Of a stretch of DNA of 64,000 bases, positions 1-10,500 are shown piece after piece. Every line of letters starts with the position of its first letter. Position 1 is the stretch's first letter. The notes beneath the pieces were generated by a model. It was not told where the DNA came from. It was given only the letters and a program-made list of their open reading frames with translations, and made no database searches. Position numbers and translations under genes: made by a program. Source of the stretch: an uncultured Oligoflexales bacterium (GTDB lineage Bacteria; Bdellovibrionota_B; Oligoflexia; Oligoflexales; CAZZCU01); contig CAZZCU010000001.1 in NCBI GenBank assembly GCA_964652825.1, positions 208,167 through 272,166 of the forward strand, written 5' to 3'.

Positions 1-90
1 CCGTGATTGGCATCTCAATATACGCATAAACAGCTGAAACATCAAGTTATTGCAGGCTTTAGCGATACCAGTCCGAATGAGTAGGAACAC

Positions 91-2715
91 TTACTGTTCT
101 ATGAACAGTTCCGTTGCCGCCGGGTTATCGAGTAAAGATTTCATTTCATTTAGCATATTTAGCGCCTGCAATGGCGTGGTTCGGTGGATCCTGAGTGTCT
201 GAATACGTGCAGCGATTTCCATGATTTGCTCCAAATCTTTGGGCAAGGTTACCCTGGCATCGGTCGATTTGGCCGGTCGTTCGCCCGACGGGGCCGGGTG
301 GGTCAAACCCTCCTTCAGGAGCTTTTCCGCCTGGCTTAGCGTCGTTGGCGGTAAGCCGGCGAGTTTGGCGACTTCAAGCCCAAAAGATCCACCGGAAGCA
401 CCGTCGATCAAGCGATGAGTGAAGATCACCTGTTCGCCTTCTTCGCGGGCTTCGGTTTGCATCAATTTTACACCGCTAAGTTTGTGCGCGAACGGTACCA
501 GCTCGTGGTAGTGCGTTGCGAACAATGCATAGCAATCGATGCGCTGTACGAGATCTTCTAAAATGGCGGCGGCAATTGCGACACCATCCTGAGTTGACGT
601 TCCGCGTCCAACCTCGTCGAGGATCACCAAGCTTTTTGCTGTTGCCTGCCGCAGAATATAAGCGGCCTCGCTCATTTCGACCATGAAAGTTGATTGGCCG
701 CGCGCAAGATCATCGGACGCCCCGACGCGCGTAAAAAACTGGTCAAACAGCGGCAGATTGGCTTGCGTGGCTGGAACAAAACTCCCGACTTGATGCAGTA
801 GACTGGCAATAGCCGTTTGCCGCATGATAGTTGATTTGCCTGCCATGTTAGGACCAGTGAGAAGTATGCGTTTGGTGTCCGGCTTTATGACAATATCGTT
901 TGGGGTGTAAGCATGCTTGCCGACAAAACCTTCAACGACGGGATGTCGGCAGCCGATGAGTTGCAAGGTGCCATCTTTGGCAATTGCTGGTTTGCAGAAA
1001 TTTGCCTGCAATGCTTTGAAAGCAAAAGCTTGAATGATATCAAGCTGAGCGATGGCATTCGCTGCTTTGAGTAACGCCGGGCGATGCTCACGTAATTTTT
1101 GGACAAGATCACTATATAATTGTTGTTCGCGTTCAATTGCTTCATGGAACGCTTGGCTTAACTCAACGTCAAGTGTTTGCAGCTCGGGTGTCGTAAAGCG
1201 TTCCCCGTTTACCATCGTTTGTTTGCGGATAAACGTCGGCGGGATTTTGGCCGCGTGTGTTTTGGTTACTTCAATTAATAAACCGAAAGATTTGTGATTC
1301 TTAACTTTCAAACTGGAGATGCCGGTTTCGGCACGCAATTTCTCTTCGTAGGCCAGCATGCGCTCTTCGCCTCGATGGGCGAGAAGATTTTTCTGATCCA
1401 GGGTTTTGTCATAGCTGGCCGCGAAAATCTCGTTGCCGTGGCCCGGTCGCCCAGGTTCAGCAATGAGCGCGGTATCGAGCAGTCTGGTAGTTGCTTCTGC
1501 TGTTGTCAGTTCGGTAATGAGGGCGTGGATTGGCGTCGGCATGGCGTTGCTCGTCTTGGGTTGAGCGTTGGCAAATTCGGCCAGCTTGCGAAGACTGCTT
1601 CGCATGACTCCCAGTTCGTTCGGCGTGATACTGCCGGCGACGATGCGCGTCGATAGACGCTCTAAATCGCCGGTTCCACTTAAGATCTCGCGCCAACTCT
1701 GCAATAGCTTTGGTTCGTCTTTAAGATACGATACGCAGGTGTTTCGTCGCACGATCGGCGACTCGCTGGCATAGGGATGCGCCAAATCATAGCGCAAAGC
1801 CCGCGCACCCATCGGCGTCAGCGTGCGATTGATTTCCTTAAATAAACTGCCATCAGCTTCGCGTCGCAAGCTAGTTTCAAATAGTTCAAGATCGCGGCAC
1901 ACGATGGCATCCAGTTGAATGCGATCCGAAGCATGTAAAGGTTTTGCCGCCAGAAAGCGTTCGGGATTGAAATATAAATTGGTCAGATACTCAAATAGCG
2001 CGCTGACTAGAACATTGGTATTCCCAGTATGTTTAACACCTGGGATTTTTTCGATTGGTTTGCCCAATGTTTTGCTGATGATTTGCTTTTGCTTGGCTGC
2101 ATCACGCAAAATCGCTTCCGGCATTTCGGCGAGTGCGGTATGCGGCATGCTGATTTGCGCCAGGGCAGCTTGGAGCTTGGTGTGATGAAAGCTACGCGCT
2201 AGTACTTCTTTGGGCTGTAGGCGGGACAATAGGCGCACCACACCCTCGAAGTCTTCGGCTTCGCCCACGCGTAGATCGGCCGTCGAGACATCAGCTGCCA
2301 CAATAGACCAGATGTGTTTATTTGGCTCTTCGAGAATTGCGACCAGGTAGTTTGGCTGATCGGCATCAAGACTTTCTAATTCATCAACGCATGCTGGCGT
2401 TAAGAAGCGAGTGATTTCCCGTCGCACAAGACCTTTAGCCACTGAGGGATCTTCAACTTGATCAGCGATCGCCACTTTGTAGCCCATGCGCAGCAAACGT
2501 AGCCAGTAATTTTTGACGCTGTGATGTGGGACGCCGCAGAACGGAATGCGCTCATTGTTACCTTTCTCGCGACTGGTTAAGACGATTTGTAATTTTGGTG
2601 CGACTTCGGCTGCGTCATCACCGAACATTTCGTAGAAGTCACCCATCCGAAAAAATAAGACGGCGCCTCGCGCTTGCTGCTTAAGATCAAAATACTGACG
2701 TAGCATCGGGGTCAT
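91..2715 (-). CDS. mutS: DNA mismatch repair protein MutS
   Basis: 874-aa ORF. N-terminus TPMLRQYFDLK...FFRMGDFYEMF matches the MutS mismatch-binding domain. Walker A GPNMAGKST and DEVGRGTS ATPase motifs lie in the C-terminal half. Confidence 0.95.
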   Translation of the reverse strand: MTPMLRQYFDLKQQARGAVLFFRMGDFYEMFGDDAAEVAPKLQIVLTSREKGNNERIPFCGVPHHSVKNYWLRLLRMGYKVAIADQVEDPSVAKGLVRREITRFLTPACVDELESLDADQPNYLVAILEEPNKHIWSIVAADVSTADLRVGEAEDFEGVVRLLSRLQPKEVLARSFHHTKLQAALAQISMPHTALAEMPEAILRDAAKQKQIISKTLGKPIEKIPGVKHTGNTNVLVSALFEYLTNLYFNPERFLAAKPLHASDRIQLDAIVCRDLELFETSLRREADGSLFKEINRTLTPMGARALRYDLAHPYASESPIVRRNTCVSYLKDEPKLLQSWREILSGTGDLERLSTRIVAGSITPNELGVMRSSLRKLAEFANAQPKTSNAMPTPIHALITELTTAEATTRLLDTALIAEPGRPGHGNEIFAASYDKTLDQKNLLAHRGEERMLAYEEKLRAETGISSLKVKNHKSFGLLIEVTKTHAAKIPPTFIRKQTMVNGERFTTPELQTLDVELSQAFHEAIEREQQLYSDLVQKLREHRPALLKAANAIAQLDIIQAFAFKALQANFCKPAIAKDGTLQLIGCRHPVVEGFVGKHAYTPNDIVIKPDTKRILLTGPNMAGKSTIMRQTAIASLLHQVGSFVPATQANLPLFDQFFTRVGASDDLARGQSTFMVEMSEAAYILRQATAKSLVILDEVGRGTSTQDGVAIAAAILEDLVQRIDCYALFATHYHELVPFAHKLSGVKLMQTEAREEGEQVIFTHRLIDGASGGSFGLEVAKLAGLPPTTLSQAEKLLKEGLTHPAPSGERPAKSTDARVTLPKDLEQIMEIAARIQTLRIHRTTPLQALNMLNEMKSLLDNPAATELFIEQ

Positions 2716-3412
2716 GAGTTGTTAACTCCTTGCGATCAATCGATATGAGCTTGGAGGATCCTGCCAAGCAGAGTCCGCGTATCCGTGCGCCCGGATAGAA
2801 ATTCGCTAAAGTGGCCATAGTCAACCCCGATGTGATGATATCGTCAAGTAGAAGAAGACGTTTTCCACGCCACCAGTGGTTTTTTGCCAGACGTCGGGGA
2901 GCCGGTGGCGCATGCCATTGCTTTTCTTGCTGCCGGGCGCGTTTTTGTAAGCGCCATGCCAGTTGGCGCGGTGCAATTCTTAGCGGGCGTTGCTCGATGT
3001 TCGCCAGGCGCTGAGCGGCACCATAAGCCAGATCGAAACGTCCTCGCAGACGCCCCCACAGGCTCGATGGTGCCGGAATAATATAATCAGCCTGTGAAGC
3101 CAGATAGATGGCCTGTGGATGATTTGTGAATAGCTCGACGAGATATCGGTAATTGCTGAGTTTCGATCGGATCTTACAGTCGAGGATGATCTGGCGTAAG
3201 GGATTCGTGTATTGATAGAGATAGTGAACAGTAAGCTCCTGATCACCGACATCGATGTATTGCCAGGCGGCAAGGTCTTGGATGCGGGGTGCGCAGGCGG
3301 CGCAGAGAAATCCCCACCCCTGTGTTAGATAACCGACTTCACCGCAACGGATGCAAAAATTCCACGCCATGCTCCAAGTCTGACCCGAAGCCGCTAAGTC
3401 CGCCAGTGACAT
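2687..3412 (-). CDS. comF: ComF-family phosphoribosyltransferase-domain protein
   Basis: N-terminal Cys pairs (CIRCGE ... CAAC) and the PRPP-binding loop LLLLDDIITSGLT are typical of ComF/GntX proteins. The 3' end overlaps the mutS start by 29 nt. Confidence 0.7.
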   Translation of the reverse strand: MSLADLAASGQTWSMAWNFCIRCGEVGYLTQGWGFLCAACAPRIQDLAAWQYIDVGDQELTVHYLYQYTNPLRQIILDCKIRSKLSNYRYLVELFTNHPQAIYLASQADYIIPAPSSLWGRLRGRFDLAYGAAQRLANIEQRPLRIAPRQLAWRLQKRARQQEKQWHAPPAPRRLAKNHWWRGKRLLLLDDIITSGLTMATLANFYPGARIRGLCLAGSSKLISIDRKELTTHDPDATSVF

Positions 3413-3452
3413 GCGCTCAGATCACCTATGACATGTTTTTAAAACGGATTGT

Positions 3453-5039
3453 TTAGTGATATTCCGCGGTCGCGGAGAATTGGATTTTTGGATACCGCTC
3501 GTTTAGAAATTTCAAGCGCCAGGCTTGTTCCACCAAAATTGTGGGGTTTTGGCGTTGATCCAGACAAATATGCTGAGCTTGTTCCAATTGAAATGTCTTC
3601 AGAGCCTGCTCGTCGTCGCAATGAATCCAGCGTGCCATGGAGTAAGGTAAACCGAGTAAATTAACGCGGACGCCGTATTCATGCTCGATACGATACTTCA
3701 CAACATCAAATTGTAGTACGCCTACCACCCCAAGATATTGTTCGTTGCTGGTGACAGGGCGGAAAACCTGTACAGCTCCTTCTTCTGAAAGCTGATCGAG
3801 TCCTTTGTTTAATTGCTTTGATTTTAACGGATCGGCTAGGTTAACGCGGACAAAATGTTCTGGCGCAAAAACAGGAATGCCGACAAAAGACAGTTGTTCA
3901 CCTTCCGTCAGGCTGTCACCAATTTTGAAGACACCGGGATCATGAATACCGACAATATCGCCGGCGTAGGCTTCGTCCACTAAGCTGCGATCTTGCGCCA
4001 TAAATTGTGTCGGTCGTCCGAGCCGTTGTTCGCGTTTTATGCGCACGTGAAAGGCTTTCATGCCGCGTTCAAAGCGACCGGAACAAATACGCATGAAAGC
4101 GACACGGTCACGATGTGCGGGATCCATGTTAGCCTGGATTTTAAAAATAAAGGCGGTGAACTTTGGCTCCAAAGGCTCAACGGCACGCGAAGTGGTTTTG
4201 CGACTAAGAGGTCCAGGAGCTATGTCTACCAATGCATCTAAGAGTTGCTGGACACCAAAATTATTTAGCGCGCTGCCAAAGAAGAGAGGCGCAATTTTAC
4301 CGGCAAGATATTTTTCTTGGGAGAATTCTTCGCCGGCTGTTTGCAGAAGTTCGATTTCTTCCAGTAATTTTTTGGCGGCGTCTTCGCCGATCTCGTTCAA
4401 TAAATCCTGACTGTCTAGCGATAATTCTTTCAGTGGTACTGGACGGGATTTTTCCGCATCACGATCAAACAACAATAATTGATTTGAGCGCCGATCGTAC
4501 ACACCGCGAAAATCCGCGCCTTGCCCAATCGGCCACGTGAACGGATAACACTGAATGCCAAGGACCTTTTCGATTTCATCCATCAGTGCGAATGGATCGC
4601 GACCTTCGCGATCCATTTTGTTGATAAAAGCCAAAATAGGTGTGTTACGTGCATGGCAAACTTCAAAAAGTTTTTGCGTTTGTGCTTCGACGCCATTCGC
4701 TGCATCGATCAACATCATGGCACTATCAACGGCGGTCAGGGTTCGATAGGTGTCTTCGGAAAAATCCTGGTGACCAGGAGTATCGATCAAATTAATCTCA
4801 TAGCCTGCGTAGGGAAATTTCATGACCGAGCTGGTTACCGAGATACCACGTTGTTTCTCGATTTCCATCCAGTCGGAAGTGGCGAATTTTTTGGCGCGCT
4901 TGGCTTTGACCATTCCCGCCATCTGGATGGCTCCGCCATAAAGCAGAAGTTTCTCAGTCATCGTGGTTTTGCCGGCATCTGGATGGGAGATGATGGCAAA
5001 AGTGCGACGTTTGGCGATTTCTTTTTCAAGCACGGACAT
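3453..5039 (-). CDS. prfC: Peptide chain release factor 3 (GTPase)
   Basis: RRTFAIISHPDAGKTT (G1), DTPGHQDF (G3) and NKMD (G4). Length and overall pattern match RF3. Confidence 0.95.
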   Translation of the reverse strand: MSVLEKEIAKRRTFAIISHPDAGKTTMTEKLLLYGGAIQMAGMVKAKRAKKFATSDWMEIEKQRGISVTSSVMKFPYAGYEINLIDTPGHQDFSEDTYRTLTAVDSAMMLIDAANGVEAQTQKLFEVCHARNTPILAFINKMDREGRDPFALMDEIEKVLGIQCYPFTWPIGQGADFRGVYDRRSNQLLLFDRDAEKSRPVPLKELSLDSQDLLNEIGEDAAKKLLEEIELLQTAGEEFSQEKYLAGKIAPLFFGSALNNFGVQQLLDALVDIAPGPLSRKTTSRAVEPLEPKFTAFIFKIQANMDPAHRDRVAFMRICSGRFERGMKAFHVRIKREQRLGRPTQFMAQDRSLVDEAYAGDIVGIHDPGVFKIGDSLTEGEQLSFVGIPVFAPEHFVRVNLADPLKSKQLNKGLDQLSEEGAVQVFRPVTSNEQYLGVVGVLQFDVVKYRIEHEYGVRVNLLGLPYSMARWIHCDDEQALKTFQLEQAQHICLDQRQNPTILVEQAWRLKFLNERYPKIQFSATAEYH

Positions 5040-5193
5040 GGTCCGAAAGCCTTTCTTATATACCTATGATCCAGCACTTCTTAACCGAGGGCCGGCATCC
5101 TATCGCAGTGTCTGGGAAAATTGTATCGTAATGTCGAATACTTGGACGTGTTCACCGCCCTTAAAAAATTATCCTTTAAAATCAAATGGTTAT

Positions 5194-5220
5194 ATGAGGC
5201 TATGCCGGCCTCATTTTTTA
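5194..5220 (+). terminator. Orphan terminator-like hairpin in the prfC/vWA divergent spacer
   Basis: ATGAGGC (5194-5200) pairs with GCCTCAT (5208-5214) across a 7-nt loop, followed by a T run. No plus-strand gene lies upstream. Confidence 0.3.
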
Positions 5221-5368
5221 AGGGGGGCGAAATCTAAAGTAAAGTCTTTGATTTTAAATAGTTACAAAAAGGACTCAATTATTCTGAAAATATACCGCTC
5301 TAGGTTATATGTCCGGCGAGGAATTGTTTCTCGTTAGACATTAGAGGCACGAACTAGAGGTATATATC

Positions 5369-7441
5369 ATGGCTAAGAAGAATCTGCGTTTATTCGCGAC
5401 AAAAGCGGGTGCAGGCTCTCTTCTCTGTCTATTGGCGCTGGCTGGTTGCGGCCGGGAGAATGTTCGTTTCAGCGAACAAAAAACGGAAGCAATTAGTCTC
5501 GAACAGACTGCCGACCAATTAGGCGCAAAGATTGATCGCATTGAACAAACCTTCCTCTCGTCGAAGATCGAGCATGCTGCCGTTCAATTAAGCATGGACA
5601 GCGATCGTATCGAACAAAAGCTGACAATGAAGAGTGCTGAGTTCCAACAGACGATGAACTACACGCAATTGTCGCGTCCGCAACTGGTTGATATGTTCCA
5701 GCAAGGCTCGCCCGGTACCAGCGGTACCGATAACTTCACGCAAAACGATGAAGGTAATGGCGGCGGTGTGCTGGATATTATGATCGTGGTCGACTCGTCT
5801 GGCTCCATGAGTCAAGAGCAGGCTAACTTGTCAACCAAATTGAATCCGTTGCTCTCTTATGTCTCGAATAGTGATTGGCGTATCGCTGTTAACACCACCG
5901 ATCCAGCCGCCGGCTGTATGCGCTCAATTATCAACAAAGGTGATGCAAACTACGAACAAGCTTTTGCCAACGCGGTAACGCCAGGCATCAACGGTAGTGG
6001 TAATGAGCGCGGTATCCTGCAGGCGGTCAATGGTCTGAAGGGTGACTGTTTGTCGACGCCTTGGTTACGTCCTAACTCAACAGTTGCAGTTTTAATCGTA
6101 AGTGATGAGGACAACTGTAGTGCAGGTAATGATTGCGGTGCGCAGCCGTACGCTAGTGGAAGTTATCTGACTGACTATCTCGCAAGTATCCGTACTGTTG
6201 GTACCAATGCCCGTGTATATGGTCTGGTCTGGCATGCAAGTCAAACTCAGGCGCAATGTAGTACTGCGGCTTACAAAGCCAACATTTACTCTAGCGTGAT
6301 TGACGCGACTTCCGGTACCTGGGGTTCCATTTGTGCCAGTGACTATAGTCAGACGTTGGCTTCTATTTCGCAAAACATTTCGGTTATCTTGAAAAGCCAG
6401 TTTGCTTTAACGCACGCTCCGGTTCCCGGCTCGGCAAATGTAACAGTTAATGGTCAGGTTGTTTCATCTGGTTACACGATTACCGGTAACATCCTGCAAT
6501 TTGCAACACCGCCCACACAAGGTGCGACTATCGCGGTCAGTTACTTGCATAGTGCGACGGAAATCAAAGACAAATTTGTGCTATCGCAATCGGCTCATAG
6601 TAGCGGTATCTCGGTCATGGTTGATAACAACGTCGCGTCACCGTCAACGTATACGTTTGATTCTACGCAAAACGCAGTTGTTTTCGCCACGGCACCGGTT
6701 GGTAACAATATCCGTGTTACTTACAAAAAGAACATCGATATGTTGAGCCAATTTGCTATCGGTAGTGGTGTCGTGCAAGGCTCGGTAAAAGCTTTCGTTA
6801 ACAATTCACCGGTTAGCAACTTCAGCGTCGATTACAATACCGGTAACGTCAACTTTGCCTCGGCTCCCGCGGAAGCTGCAAGCATCAAGCTGACGTTCGC
6901 TAAAATCGGTGGCGCTATTCTAAGTTATCCCCTAGTGATCGCCGGTGCTGCTGAGAGTCTGGAAGTTACTGACGATGCTACTGGCAATGCAGTTGCTCAC
7001 AGCATCGAGGGTAACAACGTAATTTTTCCGGTTGCTGAATTTCAACATGGTCGCATCGTGCAACTTGCGCACACCAATGTTTCTGGAAGCTCGCATATTG
7101 TAGTTCTGACTGCTGCGCCAAAAGGTGGGTCTATCAGGGTCTCCGCGCCTGGGGGCGACTGCAACAACTTCTCGGTTAGTGGATTGCAAGTTAACTTAGA
7201 GGCATGTGGATACACCAGCGATACAGAAGTTAAAATTGAATTTGACTACGTAACTGGCAAAACCCTTAGCTTTGAAGTTGCGGAAGCTGCTGTTTTGACG
7301 AAAGAGATCAAACAAGAATGGAAAGTTTGGGTGGCAGACGAAGCTAGTAGTGACTTCAAACGTAGTGGTAATACGATAACATTCACAAGCTTGCCGGACG
7401 CTGTAGAGGTTAAAGTCGAAGTCCGCTTTATTAATCAATAG
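5369..7441 (+). CDS. Secreted lipoprotein with vWA (MIDAS) domain and tandem beta-sandwich-like repeats
   Basis: Signal peptide plus lipobox LLALAGC. vWA-type motif DIMIVVDSSGSMS with downstream VLIVSDEDN. The C-terminal half carries six degenerate repeats of about 40 aa (V-x-V-N...N-x-V-x-F...P...I-x-V-x-Y). Confidence 0.6.
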   Translation: MAKKNLRLFATKAGAGSLLCLLALAGCGRENVRFSEQKTEAISLEQTADQLGAKIDRIEQTFLSSKIEHAAVQLSMDSDRIEQKLTMKSAEFQQTMNYTQLSRPQLVDMFQQGSPGTSGTDNFTQNDEGNGGGVLDIMIVVDSSGSMSQEQANLSTKLNPLLSYVSNSDWRIAVNTTDPAAGCMRSIINKGDANYEQAFANAVTPGINGSGNERGILQAVNGLKGDCLSTPWLRPNSTVAVLIVSDEDNCSAGNDCGAQPYASGSYLTDYLASIRTVGTNARVYGLVWHASQTQAQCSTAAYKANIYSSVIDATSGTWGSICASDYSQTLASISQNISVILKSQFALTHAPVPGSANVTVNGQVVSSGYTITGNILQFATPPTQGATIAVSYLHSATEIKDKFVLSQSAHSSGISVMVDNNVASPSTYTFDSTQNAVVFATAPVGNNIRVTYKKNIDMLSQFAIGSGVVQGSVKAFVNNSPVSNFSVDYNTGNVNFASAPAEAASIKLTFAKIGGAILSYPLVIAGAAESLEVTDDATGNAVAHSIEGNNVIFPVAEFQHGRIVQLAHTNVSGSSHIVVLTAAPKGGSIRVSAPGGDCNNFSVSGLQVNLEACGYTSDTEVKIEFDYVTGKTLSFEVAEAAVLTKEIKQEWKVWVADEASSDFKRSGNTITFTSLPDAVEVKVEVRFINQ

Positions 7442-7470
7442 AGGTTAAAAGTACGACTCATCATCCTGAG

Positions 7471-7501
7471 CGAAGGATCTCTTATGAGATCCTTCGTTTT
7501 T
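7471..7501. terminator. Bidirectional intrinsic terminator between convergent vWA gene and smc
   Basis: Perfect 11-bp stem CGAAGGATCTC / GAGATCCTTCG with loop TTAT, followed by TTTTT. Confidence 0.7.
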
Positions 7502-7507
7502 ATTTGC

Positions 7508-10500
7508 CTAGAATGTGGTTTCCGCGCTGGAGCTTGCACCTTGGATCGGACGAGTAGCGGCGTCTTCTTGCTTGAAGGCTTTTTTGAGATGTTCGGGCAG
7601 ATCTTTATTCATATCGACGCCGACGATTTTAGAAACACCTGGTTCCTGCATAGTGACGCCGTATAAGGTGTCGAGGACTTCCATCGTGCGACGGTTGTGC
7701 GTAATGACGATGAATTGGAAACGCTCTGAGAGCGCATCAAGGACGCGATTGTAACGGCCAACGTTGGCTTCATCCAGAGGTGCGTCCACTTCATCCAGGA
7801 AACAGAATGGCGTCGGTTTGGTTTTGAGCAACGCAAAAATGAGAGAGATGGCTGTCAACGCCTTCTCACCACCAGAGTATAAGTTCATACGCTGGCGGGC
7901 TTTGCCTGGCATGCGTACCATGATTTCGACGCCGGAATTTAGCGGATCTTCGTTATTTGACAGCTCCAGACGAGCTTCGCCACCTGGGAACAGAATCGGG
8001 AACAATTGCGAGAATTCAAGATTGATGATCTCAAATGTTTCCATGAATTTGTTTTTGGAGGTTTCTTCGACTTCGGCGAGAGCTTGTTCCAGAACGCCGA
8101 TACTGCTGACGACCTCTTGGCGCTGTGCATCGATAAAATTGCGGCGCTCTATGAGTTGGTTGTACTCATCGATCGCCATCATATTGATCGCGCCCAGATT
8201 CTCGATTTTGCCGCGCAATTTTGTAACTTCTTTGGTAGCTTTTTCGGAATTGAATTCTGGATCTTCGATAACTTCCAGAGTGGCCAGATCAAGATGATAC
8301 TTTTCTTGCGCTTGATCGTTGGCATTGCAGATCGCTAGTCGCAACCGCTCAAGCTCCAGATTCTTTTCGGCTGTCTGACGTTGAATTGCATTCTGTTGTT
8401 CGCGAAGGGTTTTGAGTTTTTGATCGACAACGCGCATTTCTTCGATGACGCTGGCGTTTTCTTCGCGCTTACTGGCTAGTTCGTTTTCGAGTATCTCGCG
8501 GCGCTTAACATTGACTTCGATTTCATCGGTACAGCGCTTTTCCGTTGCCGCGGCATCTTCGATCTCTTGTTCCAATCGCGAGCGATCCTGATAGCGGCGT
8601 GTTAAGCCGTTTTGCAGACGATCGAGCTGTTCCTTGATTTGGTTGAAACTTTGGCGGAGCGCGCCGGCACGGGCCTCACACTTCGCCAACTCGACTTGGC
8701 GGGATTGGGCCTGCCGCTGCATTTCTTCGCGCCGCTCTTCAATATTGCTGAATTCACTCTGAATCTGTTCGAGTTCTTCCTTGATACGCTCGCGCTCTTG
8801 GCCGAGCGAGATACGTGCCTGGCCGAGGTCTTCCAACTCTTTCATCAGCGAACGTTCATTTTCCTCGATAGTATCGAGCTGAATTTTGGCCGCATCCCGC
8901 AATTCTTGTTTGTGTTCGAGTAGTTGATTGGCGGCTTGAAGCTCTGCTAACACGGCCAGAACATCCTGGTTCTGATGACGCAGTTTGGTGTCGATTTCGC
9001 TGATCAAATCGATAGCTTCGCGCGTTTGTTGATTATAGACATCGATCTCTGATTGGACTTCGGCAAGATTGTTTTCAAAAATCTTGAGTTCTTTATTCAG
9101 AGCTTCCAGCTCGCTGCGACGCGACAAAATACCTTTGGTCGCCGTGCCGGTGATCACAACTTCTGCAGTATCGGTAACGATTAATCCCTGCGACGTAAAC
9201 ACGATAGCGCCACGTGGAATTGTCGTTAGATCGTCCGTATTTAATTGCAACAGCGGCAAATAATATAGTCGCCCGAGCAGTGCGGCGATAGCGTCATGCG
9301 CTTTGGTGATTTTGAGACACGGTGCCATCGATTGCGCGTCATGTTGCTCGGCCCATGAGCGGATGCGATCAAGTTCGCTATCAGCATGGCTGGCCAAGAT
9401 TGAGACCGGTACGGCACCAACGGCGGATCGCTGGGCGATTTTAGTGGTTTCGTTAAGTGCGGTCAGATCGTTGACCAACAGACGTTCAGACCAACGCTCA
9501 AAAGCAGCGACGGCTTTAGGGGACAATTCTTCGATGTCTTTTTTGATAGAAACGAAGTCCGCGAACAAACCCAAAACCACATCGTCGGTTTGCGTATCCT
9601 GCTCGCGCATTTTGCAGAGAGCTCCGGCTACATCGCTTGCCGATGCTTCCAGTTCTTCGAGCGAGGTGATACGAGCTTTGTGACCAAAGTATTTTTCTTT
9701 GAGATCATCACGGCGTGTTGTTAGTTCTTGAATTTGTTGCGCGCGTTGTTGATTTTCGGATTCCAGCGCGGCTTTTTGGGCGATGTCATCTCCCAAGCCT
9801 GCTTGGGCTTTGGATGCGGTTTCCTGCGCGGCCGCCGCGTCTTCCTGGGCTCCGCGAATTTCCGTGTCTAAAGCTTGGACGCGCTCTTCGAGTTGAGCTT
9901 TATCGCGCATATTACGCTGACGATCTCGTTCGATGCCCTCGCAGCGAAAACCATTGCTTTCAAGCAGGCGATCGATATTGCGTAACTCGTCTTCGGAGTC
10001 TTCGACGCGATTTTGGAAAACCTGTGCCGATTCATCAACAGCGTCTACCTCAGCCTGGAATCCATCAACGGCTTCTTGCAAGCGCGTGACTTCGGAAGCA
10101 GCGTTGTCGAGTTCTGATTGTGCGGCGTCCACTTGTGCCTCAAAAGCATTCAGATTGCTCATGTCGGCATCGATTTCGGTTGCCAGGTCCGCGAGGCGTT
10201 TTTTGTTCGAGTCCACACGTTCCTGTGCATTCAGGATGGTGCTTTCGGCGCGCACGATTTCTTCGCGCAGGCGCGAGATTTCTTCGTGCAATGCCTGCAA
10301 GTCAGGATCTGATTCATTTAATTGTTCTTGTAATTCAACCTGACGCGATTCAAAGTGCGCCAAATTACCAAGAATTTCTGCTTCCTCGGTGTTTTCCTGA
10401 TTGAGGCTGTTTTGAATTTCTTTAAGTTGGCGATCAAAGTGGCGATAGTTCTGACCGAGAAGATTCAGTTCTTTTTCGCGCAGAGAATCCGAGAGTTCTT

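Noticed and set aside
4521-5069. Long antisense ORFs inside confidently assigned genes. Examples are 4521-5069(+), 7764-8297(+), 11504-12046(-), 11529-12026(+), 25484-25990(-), 28419-29015(-), 40556-41086(+), 44159-44737(+), 57024-57737(-), 60168-60725(-) and 62430-63098(-).
   Set aside because: Each lies fully within a gene that has clear family motifs or a secretion signal on the opposite strand. Their translations are low-complexity and Arg/Ser/Cys-rich, with no recognisable motifs. This is typical of shadow ORFs.
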